DNA of 64,000 nt from Candidatus Shapirobacteria bacterium (GTDB lineage: Bacteria; Patescibacteriota; Microgenomatia; UBA12405). Shown here in pieces: positions 34,510 to 44,532 of the stretch. The stretch spans positions 693-64,692 of the forward strand of contig JACPHO010000006.1 of NCBI GenBank assembly GCA_016188545.1, read 5' to 3'. The notes under the pieces were generated by a model that was not told the origin of the DNA, ran no database searches, and worked only from the letters and a program-made list of their open reading frames with translations. Made by a program: the position numbers and the translations under genes. Position 1 is the stretch's first letter. Each line of letters begins with the position of its first letter.

Positions 34510-35271
34510 CCATAAGTTCTCAAATATTTGTCGATTCATATCTGCCAACGGTTGGTTTTGCATCTCAAAACAAAATACATCCCCTTTTTCCAAGTAGTGA
34601 CAGACCGCGTAAATGTCATTGTAGATAAACACATCCGTTTTAATACTTAGTTTTTTTTCACCCACCCACCTTATGTTCCACCAATTTTTTACCATCGCTT
34701 TAACCTTAGTAAACGGTTCAATTCTTTGTTTATTCGTCAAAGTACGAACCAATATTCTGTTTTCCACTATTCCCTCCCTAAGTTTTTCTGCTTCTTTTTG
34801 GGGCATATAGGCATCAGCTGTCGCCACTTCATAAGAAAGCAATTCCCCTCTAGCTCGCAACACGTTCCAATTCACTCGACTCAGTCCTTCAACTCCTCTG
34901 TAATATAAAATTCTCGATCCTGGCATATCAATTCCCAGCTTTTGACTTAGTAGATCAATTGTTTCTGGTAACTGCTGACTCAAAGACATTAACTCGCTTT
35001 CCCTAACCATCAAAAGTGTCTTCAATTGGCTAGGATCTCCGGCCACAAATTTGAATCCACCACTATCAAGTTTCTGAGTAACCAATCTTTTGTCAATCAA
35101 TCTGTCCAAAATTCGATACACCTTAGTCCGACCAATACCCAACAAGCGGCTAAGTGACAATGCAGTCGATACTCTTTTTTCCAGTAATTCAAGGTAAACT
35201 CTAGCCTCATCTTGATCAAGTCCGTAAGTCATTAATCTAGAAACCATGTTGTCTGTTTGTTCGGACATCAC
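34453..35271 (-). CDS. TrmB-family transcriptional regulator
   Basis: 272 aa; N-terminal wHTH LGLDQDEARVYLELLEKRVSTALSLSRLLGIGRTKVYRILDRL plus a TrmB C-terminal domain. Confidence 0.65.
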   Translation of the reverse strand: MMSEQTDNMVSRLMTYGLDQDEARVYLELLEKRVSTALSLSRLLGIGRTKVYRILDRLIDKRLVTQKLDSGGFKFVAGDPSQLKTLLMVRESELMSLSQQLPETIDLLSQKLGIDMPGSRILYYRGVEGLSRVNWNVLRARGELLSYEVATADAYMPQKEAEKLREGIVENRILVRTLTNKQRIEPFTKVKAMVKNWWNIRWVGEKKLSIKTDVFIYNDIYAVCHYLEKGDVFCFEMQNQPLADMNRQIFENLWLQAGVMTKIGDEGEVVRK

Positions 35272-35327
35272 CTATGACTTTAGTTCACCAAGTGAGAAAC
35301 TGTCAACAGTTAATATTTCATTAACTT

Positions 35328-35570
35328 ATGACTGAAAAAATAACCATACCTGGTACTTTTACTAATAATGAACTTCAGCAAATCGCCCACGCTAGATACA
35401 AACATCTCACTTTTGGAGATGTTGATAGCTTTGCAGATGGTGTTGCTTCTGCCTATCTTGCCTGTCAGGAAGAAAGTCCAGAGGTTATCAAAGAAATCTT
35501 TGGTGATTATCCGTTTGTAGTCGAAGTATCAGATGAGACATATACTGAATTACTAAAGCTATTAAAATAA
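35328..35570 (+). CDS. Hypothetical small protein
   Basis: 80-aa ORF. Confidence 0.25.
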   Translation: MTEKITIPGTFTNNELQQIAHARYKHLTFGDVDSFADGVASAYLACQEESPEVIKEIFGDYPFVVEVSDETYTELLKLLK

Positions 35571-35574
35571 TCCT

Positions 35575-36435
35575 ATGAAACCCACTCGTGGTGCCAGCCT
35601 GATTCTCACTTCTGCTTTCTTTTATGCCACCTATGGCATCTGGTCGAGAATCATGGGGAATGCTTTTGGTGAATTTTCTCAAGCTTGGACCCGAGGACTG
35701 GTGTTACTAATCTTTATTTTAATTTTCAACTTTAAATATAAAATATTTAAACCTCTTCAAAAACGTGACCTGCCCTGGTTGGCCATAATCGGTTTGGCCG
35801 GTGGTATCAACCAAGCTCCATATTATTTTGGCTTTCAACATCTTAGTATCGGCACCGCCACCCTCCTTTTTTATGCCGCATTAGTCGTTGGCGGTTATCT
35901 TCTTGGCAAAATATTTTTTAAAGAACAGATTACCGGTATCAAAATTGTTAGCCTAGTGTTGGCTATTGTAGGCATGGCATCCATCTATCACTTTCAACTC
36001 TTACCATCCCAATTTTTGGCCGCTGGAATGACCATCATTTCTGGATTACTTGGAAGTATCACCGTCATCATTCCTCGAAAACTAGTCGGCAACTACCCAG
36101 AGTTTCAAGTCATGGTTAGTTACTTTTCGCTCCAAATCATCTTCAATGGAGTTCTCTCTATTTTGTTTCACAACTCCATTCCTCATATCTCAAACATTAC
36201 ACCATGGATTGGGCAGCTCGCCTATGCCATCGCCATGCTATTTGCCAACTGGGCAGCTATCGAAGGCTACAAACATTACGACGCCAGTATTGGCAGTCTC
36301 ATTGGCCTTGCTGAGATCATCTTTGGTGTGGCCTTTGGAGTCATCATTTTCCACGAACCACTAACCATAGGCATTACCTTAGGCTCTTTGATTATTATTT
36401 CTGCTGCCGCCCTGCCCCATCTAAAGCTCGGGTAA
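35575..36435 (+). CDS. EamA-like (DMT superfamily) transporter
   Basis: 286 aa; about 10 TM helices in a duplicated EamA-domain pattern. Confidence 0.65.
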   Translation: MKPTRGASLILTSAFFYATYGIWSRIMGNAFGEFSQAWTRGLVLLIFILIFNFKYKIFKPLQKRDLPWLAIIGLAGGINQAPYYFGFQHLSIGTATLLFYAALVVGGYLLGKIFFKEQITGIKIVSLVLAIVGMASIYHFQLLPSQFLAAGMTIISGLLGSITVIIPRKLVGNYPEFQVMVSYFSLQIIFNGVLSILFHNSIPHISNITPWIGQLAYAIAMLFANWAAIEGYKHYDASIGSLIGLAEIIFGVAFGVIIFHEPLTIGITLGSLIIISAAALPHLKLG

Positions 36436-36437
36436 TT

Positions 36438-36839
36438 CTATTTTTTGTAAGTCCTCAGCCCCTCAATCATTTCAAAGTGTTTTAAATTATTAGTCACCAA
36501 TATCAAGTTTTTTTCAATTGCTGTTGCAGCGATAATTAAATCCATAATTGGCCGAGTCATACCTTTTTTGTAATGTTTTGATTGTATCAATGCATATGTT
36601 TTAGCTATTTTTTCGTCAAACGAAATTACGCTCATATTTCCAATTTCAATAAAACTTTTGTACCAAGATTCCTCGCTTCTTCCATACTTTCCACGATAAA
36701 CACCTTGAAAAAATTCTGCCGTTACCACACTACATATTTCACACTCAGGAATTTCGATACCTTTCAATATATTTGCCCTTTCATCCCCTCGGTACAAATC
36801 AATTAATACACCAGTGTCAAGTAAATATTTTTTTACCAT
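36438..36839 (-). CDS. vapC: PIN-domain toxin VapC
   Basis: 133 aa; LLDTGVLIDL with an acidic catalytic residue set; overlaps the upstream antitoxin gene. Confidence 0.75.
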   Translation of the reverse strand: MVKKYLLDTGVLIDLYRGDERANILKGIEIPECEICSVVTAEFFQGVYRGKYGRSEESWYKSFIEIGNMSVISFDEKIAKTYALIQSKHYKKGMTRPIMDLIIAATAIEKNLILVTNNLKHFEMIEGLRTYKK

Positions 36840-37096
36840 AGCCTCCTCTTTGTCTCACCATATTTATCCACCATTTTCTTAGCTTTTAATATATCCCGAG
36901 CCACTTTTTTACTCCCTTTTCCAAAAAAATCATCCCAACTAGGTTTTTTGACTATTTTTTTCTTGGATACTACAAATTCTAATCTAGATTTTTTACTATT
37001 TATATACACTCTTCTTTTACCCGATTCGGCAATTTTAATCAAATTAAAAAAATTTCTTCTGGCCTCTGTGGGAGTTACAATTAAATCAGTCATCAC
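36833..37096 (-). CDS. vapB: Antitoxin (Phd/YefM- or VapB-like)
   Basis: 87 aa; N-terminal VTPTEARRNFFNLIK; 7-nt overlap with vapC. Confidence 0.6.
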   Translation of the reverse strand: MMTDLIVTPTEARRNFFNLIKIAESGKRRVYINSKKSRLEFVVSKKKIVKKPSWDDFFGKGSKKVARDILKAKKMVDKYGETKRRLW

Positions 37097-37138
37097 TAAT
37101 TCTACAAAACATGTACACTTTTGTCAACATGTACATGT

Positions 37139-37714
37139 TTATTCACCCCTAATCTTCTTTTCCCACCTCCACACTGCCGTCCCCTTTTCAGGCACTACTG
37201 TTTCAAAGGTCTCGATATCAATTTCTGCCATTTCTTTCACTTTTCCGAAATGTAGAGCAAAGCCTGTGCAAGCTAAATAAAACTTATCATCGTATTCTTT
37301 GGCCTGTATCATAGTATTATCACCAGCACCTTTTCCATCAATCTTGTCAAACAATTCTGCTGTATCACAAAACAATCTAGCTGAATCAGCATTCAACAAA
37401 GCCTGATCAACATTTCGCTCTGCAGCGTAAGACATGTACAAACAAACCGCCCTGCTAACTCTATCCATTTTATCCAACTCGGTGATAATTGCGTTTGTTT
37501 CAGGAGCTACAACATCGTTATAATAACGAGCCATCAATGGTCTGTCACTGATAATTCTGCTTGCGCGGTCATCAGTCATCTCCCACCCTCGACTTACTTT
37601 ACTTAAAAAAGTAAGAGTGTCGTAGTCAAATTGCCCTTTCACAAAATTCTCCGCCCCTTTACTAATTTCAGTAAACTGAGCCCTGTGTTCGATATTTGTT
37701 GTCTTTTCTGTCAT
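37139..37714 (-). CDS. Hypothetical protein (cluster gene 4)
   Basis: 191 aa; no motif recognised. Confidence 0.4.
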   Translation of the reverse strand: MTEKTTNIEHRAQFTEISKGAENFVKGQFDYDTLTFLSKVSRGWEMTDDRASRIISDRPLMARYYNDVVAPETNAIITELDKMDRVSRAVCLYMSYAAERNVDQALLNADSARLFCDTAELFDKIDGKGAGDNTMIQAKEYDDKFYLACTGFALHFGKVKEMAEIDIETFETVVPEKGTAVWRWEKKIRGE

Positions 37715-37803
37715 AGTTATTTTTAATTTTTAACTACGAAAATTGTATCCTATAACAAAAACTACAGCTTGAGCTTGAAACCCCTTTTTCTGACTGTATA
37801 ATT

Positions 37804-38703
37804 CTATTCCTGACCAAACACAAACCCCTGTCCCTTTACGGTTCTTATCATTCTCTTTTCACCAACATCTCCAATTTTTTTCCTAATTTTAGACATTATT
37901 TGATCAATTGCCCAATCCGAATATTTTTCCTCTGTATCTTTGGACCAAAGTATCTCTGCAATTTGGTTTCGAGTTACCATGGTACTTTTATTTTTGAATA
38001 ATTCGTCCAGCACTTGATACTCTTGAAAACTCAAGTCAGTTTCCAAATCAATGTTTCCATTCAACCATAGTTTTCCATCTTTTGCTTCAATCCTATTCAA
38101 ACACTCCCCCAGTTTATTTCGCAACCACTCCTCAAACAGTGGCGAAAACACTCTTCCGTTATTTACCAACCCAGTCTTAGTTAAATACTCACCAAAGCCT
38201 TTTGGTTTTCCTCGCATTAAATCCATCAGTTGTGTTTGACTAGTTTCACTTAAGCACCCCCACAACATCTCAAACGTCGCTTCCACTACCCCATCCATTT
38301 CTTTTCTGCCCTCAATCGGTCGGTATTTACCATTTATATCAAACCACACTCGGTTTACTTGATAATACAAATAAAAATTTCCCAATAACTCTTTAACTCC
38401 AACCACCTCCTCACAACCTTGACCAAACACAAATTTAATTTTATTGGGATTCTGATGATAAAAAGTAACAAGTTTTCTCCATATCATCATTCTTTTTTCG
38501 TTTGTGATCGAATCAAGTGAATTAACCACCACTGTACCCTCATAATTATCCAAAACCGGTTCTACTTCTGACGGAATGTCCACTACCAACCAATTATTTT
38601 TCTTCCCCAGCTCTCTCATTTGATACGACCGACCGCTTTCAGGTAGCCCAATTACAAACACCACCCCATTATTTTCCAAAACCTTTTTTATTTCATCTTC
38701 CAT
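37804..38703 (-). CDS. P-loop-like NTPase domain fused to C-terminal OmpR/PhoB-type winged-helix DNA-binding domain (cluster gene 3)
   Basis: 299 aa; N-terminal VVFVIGLPESGRSYQM (degenerate Walker A, R in place of K); C-terminal LSFQEYQVLDELFKNKSTMVTRNQIAEILW...IRKKIG...IRTVKGQGFVF matches trans_reg_C. Confidence 0.55.
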   Translation of the reverse strand: MEDEIKKVLENNGVVFVIGLPESGRSYQMRELGKKNNWLVVDIPSEVEPVLDNYEGTVVVNSLDSITNEKRMMIWRKLVTFYHQNPNKIKFVFGQGCEEVVGVKELLGNFYLYYQVNRVWFDINGKYRPIEGRKEMDGVVEATFEMLWGCLSETSQTQLMDLMRGKPKGFGEYLTKTGLVNNGRVFSPLFEEWLRNKLGECLNRIEAKDGKLWLNGNIDLETDLSFQEYQVLDELFKNKSTMVTRNQIAEILWSKDTEEKYSDWAIDQIMSKIRKKIGDVGEKRMIRTVKGQGFVFGQE

Positions 38704-38709
38704 AGCTCA

Positions 38710-39939
38710 TTATACTGTTTTTATTTTCTTTCCACCGGCAAAAGCCACTCCATCCATCGGTCCTGGATTCCAGTGATCAGTAAACTCACTTTTTATCTTG
38801 GTTTTTTGCTTTTCATCTACTCCATCCAATACAGCATCAACAAAATCACCAACCGAGTGAAATGTACCCTCTGCCATCTCTTCATCCAATTGATTAGTCA
38901 TCCTAACAAGTTTTTGCCATTTATCAGGAGAATTGTATGTTTCCAGTAATGCCTCATCAAGATCCCCCGTGTACCAACTCAAAAATCCAAAGTTTATTGC
39001 CACCATTTTAAACCAACCAAAATTACCATTAGCGGCTTTTACCATTCTTTTTGATAAGGTTTTCATTATATCCAGCGACTCGCCTGCCCAACTTGCATTC
39101 TCCACCACCTCATTCCGCCACTTATCCTGCACTTCTGGTGCCATTCTCATTCCGAATTGAGTCATTACTGCCACTTTTCCGACATTGTAAGCCCATTCCC
39201 TCATTACCATATTAGCCAAATTCACTTCACCATTTTCAAATAACTCTTGTGCAACACCAGGAGAAAATATTGATTGTTCGTTTATCTCTATTAAATAAGT
39301 AACCACTTCTCTACCAGATAACATTAATATTTGTGACCCTTGGTTGTTTACCAAAATAGGGTCCATGTCATTTTTTAATAATTTTGCTCGCATATATATT
39401 TCTAGATCAGTGCCAGTGTTCTCGATCCCCAATTTATTATTTATTTCTTTCACCGTGCCCACACTTGTCTTTAGATCAGAAATTGACATCACTTCCACCC
39501 CGTTTTGTATAATATCCACCCGAGGATAATCCGCTAAATTACTCCCCACCACCTCATAACCATCACCTAGCTGGTCTTGCAATATGGTTATCAGCTGATT
39601 AACATTCCCGATATCATCTACCATCAAATCAATATCTGCATTTCGAGTTGAATCAAGTTTTTCAGTTAACAATCCACCCTCAGTAACCATATCCGAACAT
39701 ATCGGCACAGTCGAATCCAAAACTGGTAACACATCATCTCTTTCAATCAACATAGCCATACCCCCATATATTAAGAATTGATCATGGGTTTCTGACAGCA
39801 ACACTTCACTTACTTTTGAAAATGTTTCATTTTCATGCAAAGCTTTATATCTGTTCTCTTGGTTATAAGTCAAACCAGTTGCAATACTTATCTGAGGTTG
39901 CAAAACATCAACAAGTACTACCATTCCATCATTGTACAT
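38710..39939 (-). CDS. Hypothetical protein (cluster gene 2)
   Basis: 409 aa; no motif recognised; 6 nt upstream of gene 3. Confidence 0.45.
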   Translation of the reverse strand: MYNDGMVVLVDVLQPQISIATGLTYNQENRYKALHENETFSKVSEVLLSETHDQFLIYGGMAMLIERDDVLPVLDSTVPICSDMVTEGGLLTEKLDSTRNADIDLMVDDIGNVNQLITILQDQLGDGYEVVGSNLADYPRVDIIQNGVEVMSISDLKTSVGTVKEINNKLGIENTGTDLEIYMRAKLLKNDMDPILVNNQGSQILMLSGREVVTYLIEINEQSIFSPGVAQELFENGEVNLANMVMREWAYNVGKVAVMTQFGMRMAPEVQDKWRNEVVENASWAGESLDIMKTLSKRMVKAANGNFGWFKMVAINFGFLSWYTGDLDEALLETYNSPDKWQKLVRMTNQLDEEMAEGTFHSVGDFVDAVLDGVDEKQKTKIKSEFTDHWNPGPMDGVAFAGGKKIKTV

Positions 39940-40817
39940 TACCCCTTACACTTCGGACATTGTTTTTTCTTTTTAATAAAAAAATTTCCACAGCCATTAC
40001 ACCTCTCCAATCTCGAATCCAAACTTTCACTACTAACTACAGGAGCCATCGAAAACAAACTATTAAATGGTGACATCGTACCCAAAAGTGATGTGTTCGA
40101 TACTCCATGATTTCCTCCCATTATTTGAAAACCATTTCTCGCCATAAACATTTCCAATTGTGCCCCCCACCAAATATCCCCACCTCTTTTGGCGACTTCC
40201 GACTCCGGGCTGTTTCTAAACCTGGCAATCATCTCTTCGGCCAAATGTTTTGTTAACTGATCTTTGCTATTCCTGATCTCTTCCCAAATTTCCGAATTTC
40301 CAAACGCCTTTTCCATCATATCCCAAAGCTCACCTTCACTCTTAACATCGACTGCCAACGCCTGTTCTCTCAAGTCCTCAAGATTTCTAATTTCATCCAT
40401 TACCACTGCACCTTTTTCTTGTAGTTTTCTCACCATTTCCAACAATTCTTCTGGTGATTCATTTTTCAACACGATTCCTCGACATTCCATGGTTACCTCT
40501 TGAAATCTTCCAGTGACTATAGCTACAACTACCCGGCTTCCATCTTTATACACACTCCTTCCTAATTCTGGACTAGCCCAAACGACATAGTTGTGACCCA
40601 TCATTGCCAGCCTTCTCATATTCTGCATCCCCTCATTTTCTGCTCTACCCAAAACGCTATTCTTATCACAAGGAAAATCGGGCTCTCCATTGGCCTTGAA
40701 CCTCAGCATGTACGGGACAATTCTGTCTTTTAGTTCCGCCTTTCTATTCTCTACAAATGCCGCTGCCAATTCATCGTTTGGCGACCTACTCTCAACCAAT
40801 CTTTTTACTCTATCCAT
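39939..40817 (-). CDS. Hypothetical protein with C-terminal zinc ribbon (cluster gene 1)
   Basis: 292 aa; C-terminus CNGCGNFFIKKKKQCPKCKG; stop overlaps the start of gene 2. Confidence 0.45.
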   Translation of the reverse strand: MDRVKRLVESRSPNDELAAAFVENRKAELKDRIVPYMLRFKANGEPDFPCDKNSVLGRAENEGMQNMRRLAMMGHNYVVWASPELGRSVYKDGSRVVVAIVTGRFQEVTMECRGIVLKNESPEELLEMVRKLQEKGAVVMDEIRNLEDLREQALAVDVKSEGELWDMMEKAFGNSEIWEEIRNSKDQLTKHLAEEMIARFRNSPESEVAKRGGDIWWGAQLEMFMARNGFQIMGGNHGVSNTSLLGTMSPFNSLFSMAPVVSSESLDSRLERCNGCGNFFIKKKKQCPKCKG

Positions 40818-40828
40818 ATTTTTCTCTT

Positions 40829-40900
40829 GAACGAAGGCGGCGCTTTACCGTAGCGGCACTGCGAGGGAATTCCTGCCTACCGGCAGGCAGGTCACCCTAC
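40829..40900 (-). ncRNA. GC-rich structured leader/hairpin element upstream of cluster gene 1
   Basis: GAACGAAGGCGGCGCTTTACCGTAGCGGCACTGCGAGGGAATTCCTGCCTACCGGCAGGCAGGTCACC: strong CCTGCC..GGCAGG hairpin and CGCT..AGCG hairpin in otherwise AT-rich DNA; 12 nt from the ATG. Confidence 0.35.
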
Positions 40901-40913
40901 TTCAAAAATAATT

Positions 40914-41366
40914 TTATCCTTCTTCTTTTCGACTTAACATAAATAAATAATCTGACAAACGGTTGATGTAAGCTAGCAATTTTGGGCTGACATCTTCTTT
41001 TTTAGACAAAGCCACCAATCTTCTTTCCGCTCGACGACATACCGTTCTGACCCAATTTATTTTTTTGGCATTTTTATTTTTAAAAATCAAAAAATTTGTA
41101 ATTGGTTTTAATTTCTTTTCAATCTTTTTTATTTCTTTTTCAAATTGTTCTATTCTTAAATCATATTTCATACTTCTTACTTCGTAACCCAACTCTCCCA
41201 TAATTTCATAAATATCTCGCGCCAAATCTTTTTGACCCACAATCATTAATAGCGCCTGTAACTCGTCAAGTGTTCCCACTGTCTCCAAAAGCTCACTATC
41301 TTTAGCCATTACTTTTCCCAAGAATCGGCTCTTCCCATCATCACCAGTTTTCGTTACCACACTCAT
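40914..41366 (-). CDS. ATP:cob(I)alamin adenosyltransferase, PduO-type
   Basis: 150 aa; [10 protein letters not shown]-terminus and [11 protein letters not shown]-terminal motif. Confidence 0.7.
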   Translation of the reverse strand: MSVVTKTGDDGKSRFLGKVMAKDSELLETVGTLDELQALLMIVGQKDLARDIYEIMGELGYEVRSMKYDLRIEQFEKEIKKIEKKLKPITNFLIFKNKNAKKINWVRTVCRRAERRLVALSKKEDVSPKLLAYINRLSDYLFMLSRKEEG

Positions 41367-41409
41367 TCTGTCTTATTCATAAATCATAAATCGTATTTCA
41401 TAATTCGGT

Positions 41410-43977
41410 TTACGAACACTTAGAGTATCCACAATAGCCATTGGAACATTTAAAACACCCTTCTTCAGCATAAAGTGGTGAGCCACAGTCGGGACAGGAG
41501 CTGAATTTACTCTCACCCTCGGTCTGCTTGACTCGTAGTTCCGCTAATATTTGCTTACCAGAAGTTGTCGTGACTTGTGTTTGTTCTTTTGGTTTACCCG
41601 TCGTAGCGTCAGCGGAGGCGGGCAGATCTAATTTTAGTTTTTCTTCCGCAAACATGTTCAGTTGTTCACCTCGAGAAATCTCTAAAATAGCCTTGCCAAC
41701 TGCATCAAACATACTCAGAACAGCATTGTTTCCCATCCCTACTTTCTGTCCACATGATACTCCCACCAGTTCGTCTGCCACCTCGTCTAAAGTTGCTCCA
41801 TATTTTAGTGCGAGGGATGCTAGTCGTCCAGTAACCTCAGACGCCCCAGCTAGGTAACCACCTGATTTTCCCAAATTCACAAACACCTCAACCGGTCCAT
41901 CCCCCTCCTCAAAAAATACCGAGGTATATACCTTACCCACATCACAAGTTTTTCGCAATCGTACTCCCCGAGCTGCCTCTGGTGTTTTTTTCTTGGCTTT
42001 TAAGTGCAACACACTTAAGTGCGACTTTCCATTACCCTCAACTGCAACAGTCTTTTCTTTAACAGGAGCAATCACTTCTTTCTCACGACTACCACTACGA
42101 TAGATAGTAATTCCCTTAGTGCCCAGAGCATAAGCCAATCGGTATGCTACCCTCACATCTTCCACAGTAGCTTCCTTAGGAAAGTTAATAGTCTTACTAA
42201 CTGCATTGTCAGTATATTTTTGAAAAACTGCTTGGATTTTGACATGCCATTCTGGGGAAATTTCCATGGCAGTCCGATAGATATTTACAATATCATCAGG
42301 AAGGCCTTCGATTCCGGTTAGTTTTCCTCCATTTTTTACTATTCTGTCCAAAAGTTGCTCATTATAGAGATCCCTTCTTTTTAATTCAGCCACAAATACC
42401 GGATTCATCATATAAAGAGTCTTCCCTTCGACAGTATTTTTTTGGTACCCCAGCGAAAATGCTGGTTCTACTCCCGAAGATGCATCAGCAATCATCGAGA
42501 TGGTTCCGGTTGGCGCTATGGTCGTCAGTGCCATATTTCGAGGACGGTAATCAGTATTAGCAAATACTGACACATCCCATGCTGGGAACACTCCTCGGGT
42601 CTTTGCTAACTCAACAGAAGCAATCTTTGTCTCATCTTGGACAAACTTCATTATTTTTTCAGCCCAAGCAGCACCCTCGTCAGAGTCATAACGAATTCCC
42701 AGTTTGAAAAGCATATCCGCAAAGCCCATCAGTCCCAAACCCACCCGTCGGGTTTTACTAACCATTTCTCGAATTTTGACCACTGGGAATTGATTCACCT
42801 CCACCACATTATCCAAAAAATGAATTGACTCGTGGACCACTCTCTTAAGTTCGTTCCAGTCCAAATCTCCAGTTTCTAGTTTCTGGTTTCTAGTTTCTGT
42901 TTCAAAATTTGATTTTACAAATTTTGAAACATTAATCGAACCCAAATTACAGGCATCATAAGGCAAAAGTGGTTGTTCACCACAAGGATTAGTTGCCTCA
43001 ATACGACCCATTGAAGGTACTGGATTACTGCTTGATTCATTCATCCGATCGATAAAGACTAGACCTGGATCACCATACTGCCATGCCAGTCGTGTTACCA
43101 AATTAAATACTTTATAAGCATTCAATTTTATAGTCACCTCACCCGTTCGGGGATTAATTAAGTTGTATCCTTCACCTTCGTTAGTTGCCTTAGCCCAATC
43201 GTATAGTTTCTTAGTCCACAACTCAATTTCTCGAAGTCGAGCATCCACGTCGCGAGAGGCTTCCGCTATCCTAATTTTTTCAACAATATCTTCTGGAAAG
43301 CTGTCATCAGTCACAAATTTTTTATCACTATCAATCTTCTCCATAAAAACATTTGTCACCGCCAGAGAGATATTAAAATTAGTCAGCGAATACTCATCTA
43401 ACTTCACCACCGAGAAACGTAGTACATCCGGGTGATCTATCGACAGCATGCCCATGTTTGCCCCCCGTCGAACTCCACCCTGTTTAATCTGGGATGTCAC
43501 ATCGTTGTACGCCTGCATGAAGGATACGGGGCCAACTGTAGTGCCGCCAGAAGTGGCAATATAGTCGCCAAAAGGTCGTAGTCGGTTAAAAGAAAATCCT
43601 GTTCCCCCCCCACTTTTATGAATCTTAGCCATATCAGTCATGGTTTCCAAAATCCCGCTCATCGAATCCTCTATAGGTAGCACAAAACAAGCCGATAACT
43701 GCTGATGTTTTTTACCGGCATTTACCAAGCAAGGAGTGTTGGGGAAAAACTTCTGTTCCGCCATCAAGTCATAAAAGACCTGCGCCTGTGCTTCGACATC
43801 CACCTCACCCTTTCCGAAAACTGCATCTCCCTTGGCTAAGTTGTAAGCCACTCTCCAAAAAATATCCTTAACCGATTCAACGAGCTTTCCCGATTCATCC
43901 TTCATTCCATACCGTGTTTGAGTAATGTACTTGGCATTGTCAGACAATAGCGGTTCAATTAGGTTTTGGTTATTCAT
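41410..43977 (-). CDS. nrdJ: Class II (adenosylcobalamin-dependent) ribonucleotide reductase
   Basis: 855 aa; FFPNTPCLVNAG, CGEQPLLPYDACNLGSINVSKF, C-terminal Cys-rich zinc ribbon. Confidence 0.85.
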   Translation of the reverse strand: MNNQNLIEPLLSDNAKYITQTRYGMKDESGKLVESVKDIFWRVAYNLAKGDAVFGKGEVDVEAQAQVFYDLMAEQKFFPNTPCLVNAGKKHQQLSACFVLPIEDSMSGILETMTDMAKIHKSGGGTGFSFNRLRPFGDYIATSGGTTVGPVSFMQAYNDVTSQIKQGGVRRGANMGMLSIDHPDVLRFSVVKLDEYSLTNFNISLAVTNVFMEKIDSDKKFVTDDSFPEDIVEKIRIAEASRDVDARLREIELWTKKLYDWAKATNEGEGYNLINPRTGEVTIKLNAYKVFNLVTRLAWQYGDPGLVFIDRMNESSSNPVPSMGRIEATNPCGEQPLLPYDACNLGSINVSKFVKSNFETETRNQKLETGDLDWNELKRVVHESIHFLDNVVEVNQFPVVKIREMVSKTRRVGLGLMGFADMLFKLGIRYDSDEGAAWAEKIMKFVQDETKIASVELAKTRGVFPAWDVSVFANTDYRPRNMALTTIAPTGTISMIADASSGVEPAFSLGYQKNTVEGKTLYMMNPVFVAELKRRDLYNEQLLDRIVKNGGKLTGIEGLPDDIVNIYRTAMEISPEWHVKIQAVFQKYTDNAVSKTINFPKEATVEDVRVAYRLAYALGTKGITIYRSGSREKEVIAPVKEKTVAVEGNGKSHLSVLHLKAKKKTPEAARGVRLRKTCDVGKVYTSVFFEEGDGPVEVFVNLGKSGGYLAGASEVTGRLASLALKYGATLDEVADELVGVSCGQKVGMGNNAVLSMFDAVGKAILEISRGEQLNMFAEEKLKLDLPASADATTGKPKEQTQVTTTSGKQILAELRVKQTEGESKFSSCPDCGSPLYAEEGCFKCSNGYCGYSKCS

Positions 43978-44441
43978 TTTTTATTTGAAAAATTTTTAAT
44001 AATGTCTTCGAATTCTTTAATTTCAGTTATATTGTTATAGATAGTCGCGAATCTGATATAGGCCACCGGGTCTGTTCGTTTAAGAATATCCATCACTAGT
44101 TTTCCAATTTCACGGCTAGGTATCTCCACGCTTTCCCAGTTCAGTAGCTTCATCTCAATTTCATCGATCAGTTTTTGTCTTTCGTCTTCTTCTATTCGCC
44201 ACAAAGCCTTCTCAAAACACTTTTCTAACTTTTCTCTCCGGTAGTCTTCTATATGTCCATCTTTTTTAATTACTTTCAGCTCAATATTGCCAAGCTTTTC
44301 GTAGGTAGTAAACCGCTTATTACACTTAAGGCACTCTCTTCGCCGTCGGGTTGCTTTTCCTTCAAACGCATCCCGGGATTCCAGGACATTCGATTCATCA
44401 TGATTACAATAAGGACACAACATATAGTGGATGTCATTCAC
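43974..44441 (-). CDS. nrdR: Transcriptional repressor NrdR
   Basis: Zinc ribbon CPYCNHD...CLKCNKRF plus ATP-cone; start probably at the internal MLCPYC; 4-nt overlap with nrdJ. Confidence 0.85.
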   Translation of the reverse strand: MNDIHYMLCPYCNHDESNVLESRDAFEGKATRRRRECLKCNKRFTTYEKLGNIELKVIKKDGHIEDYRREKLEKCFEKALWRIEEDERQKLIDEIEMKLLNWESVEIPSREIGKLVMDILKRTDPVAYIRFATIYNNITEIKEFEDIIKNFSNKK

Positions 44442-44532
44442 TATACATACTACAGACAGTGCCAGTCAACTATTAATTAATAATACAGAGGCAGTCAAAA
44501 TTCTACATTGCGGAGAATATAAAATGAACAAA

